Under the pieces are notes generated by a model. It searched no databases. It saw only the letters and a list, made by a program, of their open reading frames with translations, and was not told where the DNA came from. 64,000 bases of DNA from Podarcis melisellensis (Eukaryota), in NCBI GenBank assembly GCA_964234715.1, contig OZ174284.1; one strand, written 5' to 3'. Each line of letters opens with the position of its first letter. Position 1 is the first letter of the stretch. Position numbers and translations under genes: made by a program. Below are positions 50,871 to 63,927 of this stretch, piece after piece.

Positions 50871-51722
50871 CTGAGGGGGAAACAGGCAAGGAAGGATGCA
50901 GTTATTACATTTATGTAATTTAAAAGTGAGCAAATGCAAACAGACAAAAGGTGGTTTTATGGTTTTAGATCCAGGAGAAACAATAACCTTAGTTTATTCA
51001 GGCATATTCCAGATCTGGACACACATTCTCAGTATATCTTTGTTATTTATCTAACTGCTTCTTCAAGTAAAGCCATATGGAGGGCATGTCTGGGGGTAGC
51101 TGATTTTAACAAAAAATAATAGTATCACACGTATCGTTTTTCCATAGTATTGCCTTGAAGAACTACTTGCCATAAAACCAACTGCCAAAAAATTAACTGC
51201 ATAAGTAAAATTAATTCATGTTACTTTGTAAATGTAATCATTGTCCAGTAGATCAGCTATTACATATATTCTCAAGGCAGGATTTACTTTAATGCATATC
51301 CATGTTTTAATTATTAAATTCCCACTCTTTGGGTATGAGTACTTTTCAATAGTCCCCTGATAAAAAGAACCTATTTTTATTATCCAACACCATAAATTGG
51401 ATTTTGGATAGACAGAAGTAAATATGAATGGAGACGTGCCTATTTGCACACCACTGGCACAGCTTTTCATCTTCCCTCTCCAGACACACTGCTGTCTTGG
51501 TTTTGGTAAGCCAACAAATTTATAAAAACAACAACTGATAAAAAGTTTCCATTATGTGTTCTGTTTAAGAGTTTACAGCTAATAAAGGCACGCAAGATCA
51601 ATGCACCTAGGATTCAGAAAGATTCTGCAACACTGCTCTCCCCCTTCTAAACAACCCAAAGCCACTTCCCAACATAAAATGGCAAAGCAATCTTATCTGG
51701 GAAATGCAAGGAAACAGCCTAC

Positions 51723-51811
51723 CTTTCCTGACAGAGGGCCCACTGCCGGTCTCTTCCTCTGTGCATAACCTGAAAGTCTGTAACAGTAGTGAGGCTTGCA
51801 GTAGAATTTTC
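51723..51811 (-). CDS. MICAL3: MICAL3 exon, LIM C-terminal half ((G)KFYCKPHYCYRLSGYAQRKRPAVGPLSGK), phase 1/0
   Basis: ttgcag|GA acceptor, AAG|gtaggc donor, 89 nt; C-x2-H zinc ligands. Confidence 0.96.
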
Positions 51812-52673
51812 CTGCAAATAGAGCAAGGGGAAAATGGTAATGAGAAAGACAAAAACTACAGTCTGGTAATGCTGTGCAATGCCACAGTTCCTCTGTATCT
51901 CCTCTGCCCTGTCACATACAAAATACATGGAGACAATTATGCCTCAAAGATTTCATTCACGTTAATTTCCTCCTTTCCTGAAAACAAATGGATTTTCCAT
52001 AGGGTGCCTGACAGCCATTTACCCAGCACCCAACCAATAGCCAGAACATCCCAGGGGAACTTGCGTGGTATCACACACAAAGCAGCACTGTATGAGGAAC
52101 AAAGGCTGCATCACATGGAAATCTGGCAGAAGTGCTGTGGAAAAGGCAAGAATGAATGCAAAGAGGAAAGGGCTGGGCATTAACTCCAAACAGACCACTG
52201 CTTACCAAGAATTGACCAATCCAAACAGAAATCTATGTACCATGGTCACCCAGGTGATTTCTAACTACAAATATTCAAACGTTATCATCTCACAGATGCA
52301 AATAGCCTGTGGTATGGTGCTGCAAGAACTTCCAATGTGTTGCTGAACATTCTAAACAGTATTCAAGGAGAGCCCTGTTTACATGAAGCTGCAGTTGTCT
52401 AGCCATGAGTGCAAATACAAGAGTAATGGCTTCCCACTCTGAGTTTTCCATAATCTCTGGCAGCACACAAAATCCTGAGCATGGAGAGGAGTTCAACTCC
52501 CAGTTCAACCAGCTTCAGACTGCAGTATTTACAATGTGCGTTTTAGTTTCTACAAATACCTCTTGCACAATAATAATTTTGGATGATGTATCTGAAGTGG
52601 GCCAAACAGTGATGTAATAATTTCCTGATCATACTAAAGATATATGGAATCCTGAAGGTTATTTCTAAGTCAA

Positions 52674-52913
52674 AGGGCTGAATCCAATAAAAGTCATGTT
52701 GTGATCTCAATGATTTCTGCTTGCACAATGGAACTCCCTCTCCTTCTGCTCCCTGAGTTCCCGCCCCCCCAAAAAACCTATCACAGAAGCCTGTGGGAAC
52801 CCCCAGAGAAGATTTGGTTATGGGGACACAAGTGGGGGGAAGGAGGAGGAGGAGGGGAAGTTATGTTATGCAAGTAGAAGTCACCTGCACAACAATTTTG
52901 CTGAATGCAACCC
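52674..52913. mobile_element. Palindromic MITE-like repeat (related copies at about 30451-30930 and 62425-62650)
   Basis: Imperfect terminal inverted repeat gggctgaatcca / ctgaatgcaaccc; pyrimidine-rich and purine-rich arms shared with the other copies. Confidence 0.6.
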
Positions 52914-52967
52914 ATCAGATGAAGCTCTTGCCCATCCCCTCCTAAGGCAAAGGTAAATTTCACTTAC

Positions 52968-53154
52968 CATCCACCAGGTCATAGGCATAAGAGGACAAGC
53001 GCAGGGTTGTAGCACAGTATTCACATTTGAAGCAGCTGCGGTGGAAGAATTTGCCTTCAGCACTCAGCCTTTCCATCACGTAGACACGCTTGTGGCAGAA
53101 GTAGCAGACATCACTGCCTCCCACATTCGGAGGGAATTCTTTTTTTAAGGAACC
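52968..53154 (-). CDS. MICAL3: MICAL3 exon, LIM domain ([62 protein letters not shown]), phase 0/1
   Basis: ctttag|GGT acceptor, GATG|gtaagt donor, 187 nt; C-x2-C...H-x2-C-x2-C-x2-C LIM signature. Confidence 0.97.
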
Positions 53155-53886
53155 CTAAAGCAGCAACAAGGAAAGGTCTAGACTGAGTCACAAGCTTACT
53201 GTTACTTCCACTGTCGTGCCATATGTATTCATTAGATTGTTTTGGAATCCTTCAATGGGAAACGGAGGACGTTTCAGCAAAAACACTAAGCAGGCACCTA
53301 TGGATAATTCCAAGGCCCCAACATGAGGAAGAAAAGGTCAGCCAAGGAACACCCTCCGTAAGGTGTCGCATCCAACCACCTGAAAATAAAGAGTCTGGCA
53401 GAATATGGGAGAACTGAAGGATCTAAAAATTCTTTAATTCTCTCAGCTTTAGCTTTCCCACACATCCTGCCTCTAAAATGGGAATAATGATGACATACCT
53501 CACAAAGTTGATGAGAGACACCAAGTGTACACAACTAACGAATTGTGGAAATGGTCACACAATTATGATAGTAATCCTCCTCCTCCCATATTACCACTGA
53601 AGCTAGGCTCCAAACAACCACTGTCAAATGATATCTCCACACATTTACTCCAAAGACACCAAGGCTTTCAGCAACAGATCTTTTGTGTACTATCCATTTT
53701 CTTTATAGCAAGAATTCAAGAACCCACAAGGGCAAGTGGAGGAACAGGCAAGGGAGTGCTTACATCAGCTACCTTTAACTAAACACTGAGGGAAAACTAA
53801 AGGCTCCATATTACTGAGGATCTAAGGAAGAGCTGTCTAACTTCTAATCACAAATACTCATCACCTTCTGAACATCATTCTCTTAC

Positions 53887-53994
53887 CAGTTCCTTCTTGT
53901 CTAGAAGGGTTTTGGGTTGGTCTTTCCTTTGAAGCTGATTGGCTATTTGCTCAGCCAATGAGCTCACGCCACCTGTATACATCTTTATATACTT
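53887..53994 (-). CDS. MICAL3: MICAL3 108-nt cassette exon (KYIKMYTGGVSSLAEQIANQLQRKDQPKTLLDKKEL), phase 0/0
   Basis: ggtag|AAG NAGNAG acceptor, CTG|gtaaga donor; matches a segment I recall from MICAL3 isoforms. Confidence 0.9.
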
Positions 53995-55567
53995 CTACCA
54001 GATGAAGGTAATGAGGGTGGGGGGGAGGTAAGATGGATGGGGAAAATGAGGGAAAAGAGAAACAGTATAAATTCAGGATGAAAACTACGAAAGAAAAAAA
54101 TGGCAAAAAAGGTGCAGAAAGGGCTGAAACCATGCCAAGACAGTGGACAACACAAGCGTGTGTGGCACCAGCAAAACAAGTGATCTCAGCAACCACTGGT
54201 GTGGGCAGCACTAAATAAAATTATTAGCAGTTTGTAATCAGCCACTCTAAGACCCTGGGTCAGAGACTTTCTTTTGCCAGAGAGTCGTCGGAGATGAAAG
54301 GTGTTTCTAACCCCATCTCCAACAAGGGTTTCCCATAAGAGCTGCCATGTTCTTTCCAAAGACCATGCTTATCTCTAGATTGGCAGCTGAACATAGTCCT
54401 GCCATAGGGTCAGATCTAGTCCCTGCTGGTTGTTGACCCCCTCCCCCAAACGGAAACCCCAACAATAGGTGACTAAGAGTGCTATGGGTTCAGGGATGAG
54501 GTAGCATGGATTACCCATATTGGGATATCATGGCTATTTATGATATCCAAAATCAGACTGGGGAATTACATAGTCTGGGGAAAGGGTATCTGGAGGAGAA
54601 GTTAAAAGGGAAAGAGGGGTGTAATAAATTTGCATGCTCAGATATATGTTCTTTCTTGCAGGGCTGCAAAAATTCTAGTGTCTATAGCCACTGTGTGTTT
54701 CTTCATCCCGGTCTCCCCGGTTGGATATTATGTCCACTATCTCTTTTCATACCCCATCTCAGGTCAGAGGCCAATGTGCAGATACTGTAGTTTCAAAACC
54801 AAGCAAGCCTTTTTCTCGCCCACATCCAGCTTATGAAGAATGCTGGAGAACCTGAAAGCTTGCTCATTATTTTGTTATATCTTGGATGGCCTTAAAAGGG
54901 TATTTCCTTGCTATGGAAGTTGCGAGGGGAGTGTCTTATGGCCCAACATGGCTGCCTTTGCTTATTTTTATTTAAACAACATGATTGGTTTCAACTGTTA
55001 TTTAAGCAGCAAACCGTATAGCACAAAAAGATAACTAGATAGGATTGTGTTTCAGAAATATATTGGGGGGGAGCACAAGCCATTAAGTTTACAGAACCTT
55101 AGATACTGAGATTCTTCACACACAGTCCCACCTAGCAAGTCATATAACTGCACCCCCCCAATTCTCCCTTAGGTTTATGGGGAGAGGAAAATGGATGAGG
55201 GTTGCCTGGCCTCTCAGCAAGGAAGCAGAATATTAAATTCAGCTCAAGAACCTTTGACAGTTTGCCCTTTTCAAAAACAACAGATATTCCGCTTATTATA
55301 AGCCAATGCACTTTGTACAGAAGAACAGAGAGTAAAATCAGCAAGTCCTTCTATTTACCTAAGTAGATACATTATTAACAACTAATGGGCCTTTCTGTTG
55401 GAAGAATAGACCTGAGGGATCAGAAGACTGGTCAGGCGGAGGGCCTGAAGTCAACAGGACTCTCAACTGATACGGTATTTCAAATTGCAGCTACTTGCTG
55501 ATAGATCTACACATTTTGAAAGATCCATAACCCCATGAGTCTGTGTAAATTCTCATGACTTCTTTTA

Positions 55568-55893
55568 AAGGTAAAGGGACCCCTGACCATTAGGTCCAGT
55601 CGTGGCCTACTCTGGGGTTGCGGCGTTCATCTCGCTTTATTGGCCGAGGGAGCCGGGTCATGTGGCCAGCATGACTTCTGGTGAACCAGAGCAGCGCACA
55701 GAAACGCCGTTTACGTTCCCGCCGGAGCGGTACCTATTTATCTACTTGCACTTTGATGTGCTTTCGAACTGCTAGGTGGGCAGGAGCAGGGACCGAGCAA
55801 CGGGAGCTCACCCCGTCGCGGGGATTCGAACCGCTGACCTTCTGATCAGCAAGTCCTAGGCTCTGTGGTTTAACCCACAGCGCCACCCGCGTC
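55568..55893 (-). mobile_element. Sauria SINE, near full length, with 14-bp TSD
   Basis: tRNA-like head GGACGCGGGTGGCGCTGTGGGTTAA (A box) ... GGTTCGAATCC (B box); ACCTTT tail; TSD catgacttctttta (55554-55567) / catgactgctttta (55894-55907). Confidence 0.93.
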
Positions 55894-56699
55894 CATGACT
55901 GCTTTTAGACCCAGGCAAAAACATTTCTCTTCAACCAGGCCTTCTGTTAAACAATCTATGGCCTTTTAAAGGTGGTGTGTGTGTTGTTGTTTTTATTATG
56001 ATTGTGTTATGCATTTTGTGTTTTTATGTTGTAAACTGTGATCTCCGTATGATGTGTGATATATAAATTTAATTTAAAAATGAACAAGTCATTAAAAAAG
56101 CAATCTGAGCCATTGACCACCACATCTTATAACACCAGTGAATTCCATAAGTTTATTACATATTGTGTGAAAAAAACGCTTTATTTCATCTGCTACTGAC
56201 AATTTCATTAAGTGAGTTCTAGTTTTATGAGAGGGCAAACATTCCCACATTTTCCCCGCATCATGTATTATTGATGGCACAGGTGTTGGGGTATATTTCA
56301 GCAGGTAGTGCATTCCACATCTGTATAGGTATTCTACCAGCTTCTGAAGGCACACTTGTTTACACAGGCATTCCTTTCATCTCTTGACCCAAGTCTCCTG
56401 TTTTAATTGCTGTGGGGTTTTAATGCGATAGTTTTATTCCATATTTTAATCACATCTTTCTATTTTAACATTTTAATGGGATGGATTTATTGTGTATTTC
56501 AATTATGGTGCGTTCTTCATTATTCTGTATTTCAACAAGGTTGTGCAACTGGTTTTAATGTTTTGTAAACCACTTTGATGCCATGTAGACATTGAAAAGT
56601 ATATAATCATCTTATAACCCTATATTGTGTCTCCTTTAGTATTTCTTTTCTAAATTAAAAGGCCCCAAACATACAAGCCTTGCCTGGAATGCCCTCCCA

Positions 56700-57250
56700 A
56701 CTTCTTGACTGGTATTTTGGTGTCTGTTCTGCACCACTTATCCATCTCTGCAATATTGGAATTTGTCTTTCCACAGCTGCTGCACCAAGTTTTGACTGAG
56801 CTCTCCACCGCAGCTCCAAGTTGTCATTCTTGGACAGTCTCAGCCAGTTTAGACTCAATCAGCATTGGAATGTTTTGTTCCAATGTATATCACTTTACAC
56901 TTATTAGCACATTTTTTTGCCCCTTCACCTCATTTGGAGATGTTCTTTTGGAACTCTTCACAGTCTGCTCAGGTTTTCATCATGCTTTATAAATTGGTGC
57001 CATCTGCAAAGTTGGCTTTCACTGATCACTTCCAGATCATTTGTGGGCAAGTTACACAGTCTTATTGTCTCTAAGACAGCCTCTTCTATTTTTTTTCTTT
57101 TGTGTGTGGACTGTGTGCAAAACAAATCTCTTCAGATACAGACTTCCTCATAGACTGTCCCAATACAGATCTTTGGGGGATTCCATGACCTATTTCCAAC
57201 AATTGTGAGAATTTTTAGCCTTTATTCTACAAGCATTTATTCATCTTGTA
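56700..57250 (-). mobile_element. Old CR1-like RT remnant
   Basis: Minus strand tttgcagatggcacc (FAD[G]T) with degraded CR1-like context; boundaries approximate. Confidence 0.5.
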
Positions 57251-58139
57251 GATGTTCAATGGCCACAGAAAATCCAGTGCTAGAAACAGCTGTTAAGAGA
57301 CAGACAACACAGTGAATCCCACTCTTGGCAACAATGAAGCCTTATTGGGGGATCCTTAGTAGTCAGAAATGGCCGTTTGACACAATGGTCCAGTTCCAAC
57401 ATCACCATGGTTTGGTGGTCAGTAGCAGTCTGCATTATTCCACTTCCCTTCCCCGCATAGCAAAAGATATACTGGGAAGCCATGGTTAAACTAGCAGGTC
57501 ATAATTACTGCTAGCCTAATTTTGTTTTCATTTGCGTGACTCAAACCACAATTTGAACTTGGCTTTAATTGCCAACTTGAGAACGAATTATAGTGAGAAG
57601 TGATTATGGCAGCACCTGTTCAAAACATTATAATAAAACCAAGATATAGCTACGGAGGAAATGAAAGTGAAGTGAAGAAGCCCAAGGAAGATGCAGGAGA
57701 AAGCAGAGGAAGAAGCATTTCAGTCCACAAAGGACTCCTGATGATCAAACTATGGCTTGGTGATTCGGACCCAACACACCTCCCAACAGGGTGAGTGCGT
57801 TCCAGGGTATGCCTTTACTTATCTGAAGGCAGAACAAGCCAGTTCTGGATGAGACATACAATATTCTTTGTGAAATGTTTGCTCTCTCTCCTACCAGACA
57901 ATCAGTAACTCCGAGGTGTAAAGGATATGCACCATTTCCAAATTCACAAGCCTTGGAATAACCAGGATAGAGAGGAATCCCAAGCCTTTCTGCAGGCACA
58001 CAGGCTAAGCTCAGCCACACCCAAGGCAAAGAGAACTTATTAGCCTAGCTTTATCCAGTGCGGCATTCTCAAGTGGCAGGAGATGGAATAGGCCAAAGAT
58101 GTGCAACCGGGTGCAGCCTCAAGCCCCACACCATGCTAC

Positions 58140-58247
58140 CTGTCTGAGGGAGTCAGAGGAGGGAGAAGAAGGGCGACTGGAAGAGCGGAGGTTGCGGGAG
58201 AGCTCCCACTGCTCAACAACAGATCGACGAGATCGCTCAATCTCTGG
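58140..58247 (-). CDS. MICAL3: MICAL3 108-nt cassette exon (PEIERSRRSVVEQWELSRNLRSSSRPSSPSSDSLRQ), phase 0/0
   Basis: ttttgtag|CCA acceptor, CAG|gtagca donor, CpG-rich; QWELS..LRSS.RP.SPSSDSLRQ motif recalled from MICAL3 isoforms. Confidence 0.88.
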
Positions 58248-59510
58248 CTACAAAATAAAGATGAGAAAGTCAGAAGACGGCATTTTAAAATAGATAGGAG
58301 CTTTTGGGAAGGGGCGGGTGAGACAGGCAGCAGAGATCTTGTAGCTTGCAAGTGACGTAGGAAAACTGTGGGCATGCTCTACTACTTTTAAACTCCCCAG
58401 CCAAAGTTCAGAACATTGATATTTGGGGGGAGGGAATGGTGGAACACCAAATCCATGTACTAATTTCAGCTGTGAATGACCTTCCTGATGCTTGTCTTTC
58501 AAGTTTTAGAAATGAGTGGATTTATAAAGAACTGTGGGCTAGATGTATCCTGAATAAAATACGAGGAATTCTATTCCAATCATGAAGCAATACCAAAAAT
58601 TCCTAGTGAGAAGGTTGAAAAGAAACAACTTTCTAAAATTTCTGCATGGTAAGAGAGACTGCAAGACTGTTAAGCAAGACACATGTCAAAATGCATGTGC
58701 TTGCATTCAATAGTCTCTTTTTACCCCATCAGTATTTTGTTTGGCAAAATGAATAAAAGCAATTGATATTAGACCTTCCAGAGTTTAACGAGATGAAATA
58801 CATTATAACAGCCCACACAGGGTCAGAAAATAAATTCTGATCAGCAACTGATGATATATGATTGAATATTGGCACTGACATACATGTTTAAAAATTAGAG
58901 CACATATAGAAAGAATGTGTATATTGCTTAAAGAAATAAACAAGTTTTCAAAGCCCATTTGGTTTATATATAAAGGCTGTTCTGAGGTTAGTTAACTTCC
59001 TGGTTTCATTTGTTTTGGGTTACTCTTCAGCAAGTTAATTTTATGGAACCTTGCTTCTGAAACCTAGTTACGTACTGCAGACCCTCTTCTTCTCCAGACT
59101 GGCTAAGCAATGCTCCACCAACACTTCTTGAATCTAGCGGAGTCTTTCTATACAGATTCTACCCTACTCTATGGAAGTGCAAACTCTCAAAAGCCCCTTT
59201 AAGTTAGGAGCTTCCTCCCCACATATGCCACACATCTTTTATTAGTGCTAGACGCATCTATGCAAGATTAAGTGTTGATTCAGCAAGCAGGAACAGTAAG
59301 TTAACAGGAAAGACGGAATAATGAGTTTGGATGTTGTTCTTTTACCCTAGAGTGCTTGAAAGTGTTCTGCTACAATGTGATAGTGTACTCATCAGCCATT
59401 AAAACAGGACATCTGATGCCAGCCATGTTACAGCCCAAGCAACCTTTCATTTCCCATTCTACGGAACGGCAAGCAGACACAAAGCGCCAGACAGACAGGA
59501 AGGCAGTCAC

Positions 59511-59624
59511 CTGATGCCTGGTTGCTGGCCTTTGCTCCAGGAGGGCAGCCAGCTGGCTTGCCCTCTGCTCAATGGTAAGCGTGCGCTCTGGCACACGGTC
59601 ATCTGAAAAGAACTGGTGAGGTCT
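59511..59624 (-). CDS. MICAL3: Probable MICAL3 114-nt cassette exon (RPHQFFSDDRVPERTLTIEQRASQLAALLEQRPATRHQ), phase 0/0
   Basis: Pyrimidine tract with ctgcag|AGA acceptor, CAG|gtgact donor; GC-rich, open in the needed phase, helical-looking peptide. Confidence 0.72.
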
Positions 59625-60547
59625 CTGCAGAATAATGAGTGAGGGAAAATGAACAAGAGAGCACAGGGGAAAAAATATTCATGGAAAAAGCATGGCTGTA
59701 GGAAAAGTAACAAAGCTGAAAATAAGGTCAGAGGCAGTTAATTAAATGCTTGTGCATTAAAAAAAAAGTGGGACACAGGGGTAAGGAGGGGAACAAGAGC
59801 TCAAAATCCTCTGGATGAAGGTTGCACACACACCCACACACACACACACACACCGCAGATGTGACATACATACAGCACAAACCATTTACGGTAGCCGAAT
59901 CCAAATTAGGTCTACTCTGGAAGTCACTGATTTAAATAGGTTTACTGCTCAGGAAGCATGCAGAGGGGCTGTGACCTTTGGAAGCTGTGGTTTATGAATC
60001 CTACAGCAGCAGGAAAAGGAGCCAAGATTGTGCCGCCAAAGTAGCATCATAGTTTAGTTGCAGTGAAATACAGGTGTGTCACAGGGATCTGGAGGTAGGG
60101 AGTGAATAGAGGCAGGGAAGCCAGGCAGATGCAATATTGACACAGGGACAAAACCTCTGGGTTTTCCTTCCTCACTTCCCTCGCTCCAACTTTTTAACCT
60201 GGTTGTTTTGGAGACTGGATGCAATACCAAGCTAGTGGTGAAGAGAAGGGTCATGGGAGGGAAACAATGGCAAAGGCATAATTCTCTGAGGGGCTAGTGA
60301 TGTTTAACACAAAATTCTCAGCATCCTCAAAACTGTATTGTGTAGGGTTCCTTTTCAAAATTATTTACTGTGATGAGCAGCTTTTAGAAATATATTGATC
60401 AGGCAGACTGCAGCATCGATCCATGCCTTTATTATGTCAATTCATTCTCTTTCCTTGTATGTTCTACATTGGTCCAAGCTTATTCCAGTTAATTTAGTTT
60501 TGTATGCTTTTGTGGAGGGATGCTTAGCTTAAAAATGCTTCTATCCT

Positions 60548-60565
60548 AGCTACTACTACTACTAC

Positions 60566-60617
<52 letters not shown>

Positions 60618-60647
60618 GTTGTTGTTGTTGTTGTTGTTATTATTATT
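60548..60647. repeat. Compound trinucleotide microsatellite (TAC)n(TAT)n(TGT)n(TAT)n
   Basis: Directly visible; it is the tail of the L2 element. Confidence 0.95.
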
Positions 60648-60830
60648 AAAAATACTCCACCCATCGGGCTGGGTTTCCCCAGCCACTCTGGACAGTTTCC
60701 AGCCCACAAAAAACCACGATAAAACGCCAAACAACAACAACTTCCCAATAGAGGGCTGCCTTCAGATGTCTTCTAAAAGTTGTGTAGTTCTTTATCTCCT
60801 TGACATCGGATGGAAGGGTGTTCCACAGGG
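60548..60830 (-). mobile_element. L2-clade LINE 3' end (same family as 37276-37693) with expanded microsatellite tail
   Basis: ggctgggtttccccagccactctgg and gggctgccttcagatgtcttctaaaagtt are shared with 37311-37424. Confidence 0.85.
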
Positions 60831-61405
60831 ACGAACAATAGTTTTATTATTTACAAAAAGAACTAACAAAGAACTGGTTCCTGCATTGTCTTGTTTTCCT
60901 CTTTCTGCCCCATCCCTTTTTCATTTTGTGTCATTCCTTTTAAAGTGTGAGCCTGAGGGCTAGGACTGTCTAGCTTTTTATTGATCTGTAAGCTGCTCTG
61001 GGAGCTTTTTTGGCTGAAGAATGAGGTAATAATGATTCGGATAGATGGATAGATATTTTCCGACACATCAGCAGGCCCTTTCTACTCCACTATAGTAACT
61101 CCTATTATAGAGAAAAATAGGGAATGCCAAATTCAAAGTGCTAATATGTGCCCAACAGGAAAAAACAAAACATACTGCATGATGCTCAAAAGTGATCAAA
61201 AGCCTGTCAAGCAAGTAATTCTGCAAAGGCCACACAGACACAAAACCACTATTTTTACGAAGCATTTTCAGTAGAGCCTGGCTATTAGTATTATGCTGGC
61301 ATATGAATAGCTCTCCAGCCTTCTCTCACCCACCCCCAGCTTGCACAACATTCTCCCAAGAGTGCACACACCCTCTTCATGCTGCTTTTGCTCATGCTAT
61401 TTTAC

Positions 61406-61462
61406 CCGCTGCTGTCTGGGACTCTGCTCTCCAGCTGGTTCTCCATGAGGTTCCCTGTTTGC
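61406..61462 (-). CDS. MICAL3: Probable MICAL3 57-nt cassette exon (ANREPHGEPAGEQSPRQQR), phase 0/0
   Basis: ttttgcctgcag|GCA acceptor, CGG|gtaaaa donor; same length and G.QSP...R pattern as a 19-aa segment I recall in human isoforms. Confidence 0.65.
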
Positions 61463-63865
61463 CTGCAGGCAAAATAATGACCTTGACAAATCCCACATAC
61501 ACACTCACAGAAAGATAGCATCATTCAGTTAGGAGTCACCCTACAAGAGAAACATTAAAACCACAGTCCTGGAAAAGCCATAGGAGGTTTGCAAAGATCA
61601 TGTGGCTGCTGTGAAGAAAGAGGTTTTGTGCAGAGCAGTTCAAAAGAATACTTTATACAAACTGTGTTAGTAAATGGTGACAACAGCAATAAATATCCAC
61701 ACAGTGATACACGTGGTGGTGGCAGAAGAAGGAACTGCTCCCAAGAAACCATAAATTGTTCCTTGGAAAATCCTAGTTTAGTTTTAAAAGTAATAAGAAG
61801 AATAAACTTTAGAGAACTTTAGAGGCAAAGTGAGATATGTCCATTGAGCTTAAGTAATCACCAAGTCTGTTTTTAATTCAAAGGTTATTTTGAAGAGCCT
61901 GGGCTCCCCTCAACGTGAACAAGAAACAAGGCTCCCTGGCCTGCGAAATCCACAGTGGTATCCTACGATAAGACAGACTGTAATCTTCCCTGCCCCAAGA
62001 ATGCAGATACCTGGAGGCAGCTTTGATTATCCTCTATACACACAGGTATAGTTTTATAAAAAATGTAGCTCCCAGAAACTCACAAACCTGCTCATACTTC
62101 ATAAGACAAAATAGGGGTGTGTGTGTGTCCTGCAACTTTCTAGTTTTGTGAGTCAATGCAACTATATATGAAATATAAAACACCATAAAAACAAATAGTT
62201 TACAAGACTGAGTGGTAAGTTCCCCATTTAGAAGCTAACTCTTCTTGCAGATCAAGCAAGAGAACCTGACCCAGTTTTTCCAACTGTAAGTAAATCATTT
62301 TCTACGTTGCGGACATCAGAATAAGTGTGCCTTTGTGACTAATACTATTTTGGCCCTGACATTATGGAGGGAACTCCTGGGGTAAAATATGTACCATGAT
62401 TCACCTAACAAAACAACCCAGTTAGTGAATGTCCTGCACAAGGACTTCCCCTTGTGCAATGGGTTTCCCCTCCTCTCCACCCCCTGCTCCCCCTGAAATT
62501 GGCTAAGGAGTGGGGGTCAGGGGAACCCCAACAGTATCACGCTGGGGAGGAGAAGAGAGAAGGAATTATTCTTTTCGGCAAGTTGCAATGCTTGCACAAA
62601 CGGAACGTTCAACATGGCGCGATACCAATAAAATATGTAATTGATGTTGAGATGGATTGTACGACTGCCCCGTATTGTATCAGTGTATTTTGCACTGTTA
62701 TCTAATTTTATTATCAAATAAAACCATTTATTATAAATTGACTCAAGGCCCCCACATTTTTTACACCATCATGTAACTGGGGTGCCTGATTTGAACAAAG
62801 CATTCAACAATAAACCACTTTGGAGGAATGTTTTAGCAACGTCAGTGAGGGAGGGTAACCAGGAAATGAGGAAAGCTTCCCAAGGTCCCAAAGCCAGGTA
62901 ACACAGCTGGGCCCAGGCATTCTAGACCACTGCCATGCTGATTAGTGGTGCTATGGTCAGTTGGTGGAGGTAAGTAAGAGCAGCACAACACACTAGGAAA
63001 GTAAGGGAAACCGCAGCAGGCTAGAATTGGTAAAACCTGGAGGACTTTGGGGGGCTATGTTTTGGAATTCCTTGTCATTCTTGTGAAGTAGGGAGCATCC
63101 TGGCCTCCCCCAACTTCTAAGTAATGTAGGTACAACAATGGGTTTACATTCTAGCAAATCGTAGGGTGTCTGCACGACCCCTTTATGAAACAAAGTCATC
63201 CTGGTGCTGTGGGAGAGGTGCTGCAGCAGTTCCCACATCACAGGCCAAATGTAAGAATCTGCTTCAAGGCTAACATTCCCCAGTCTGGTGCCCTGAGGAT
63301 ATCGTTGGACCCCCAACTTCCATCAACTCTACGCAGCATAGCTAATGGTCTGGGGGTAATGAGAGTTGTACTAGAACAGGCCAGAGAAGGCAAGTTTAGG
63401 CACATTATCCAACTTATAGAGAGACAGTAAGGTCCAGGATAAGCTCTGATCCTGAGATAGGATACCCCTTTCAGTGGTATTTAATGGGGGCAGGGGAGAG
63501 AAAAAATATCCTAAACCGCTAAATTGTCCTGAAATATCTTTTGTAAGCCACCTTGGGAGTGAGTGGCTTTTCTCTGAAGGGTAGCATGTAAGTAATTCAG
63601 ATAAACAAACAGATGGATAAAGGATGCACCTGTAATCTCAGCAATGAATGGGAAGCCCACAGAAGCATTAGATTATACTTCTCTTCTCATTACAATGCAA
63701 AACCAAGCTGAAGGCCACCTAGACTGCTCATTTTAGATCCAGAAACCAGTATGTCACTCCTCTTACAGCACCCAGTATAACAACTGGGTGCTATCAGGTT
63801 TTTGTTTGGTACACCAACCTACTATACAACGTAACCATAACAACAGAATGTAAGAAGTTATATGT

Positions 63866-63927
63866 GTAAAGGTAAAAGGTAAAGGGACCCCTGACCATTA
63901 GGTCCGGTCGTGACCGACTCTGGGGTT
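63866..63927 (-). mobile_element. Sauria SINE 3'-end fragment
   Basis: Nearly identical to 55568-55620 (aaaggtaaagggacccctgaccattaggtcc). Confidence 0.85.

Noticed and set aside
55820-55893. tRNA gene
   Set aside because: It is the tRNA-derived head of a Sauria SINE, with SINE body, tail and TSD.
59511-59602. Internal acceptor ttttcag|AT for the 114-nt exon
   Set aside because: Gives phase 1, incompatible with the phase-0 neighbours; the acceptor giving exon start 59624 fits.
60524-60963. Poly-N, poly-I/T and poly-L ORFs
   Set aside because: Translations of the L2-tail microsatellite.
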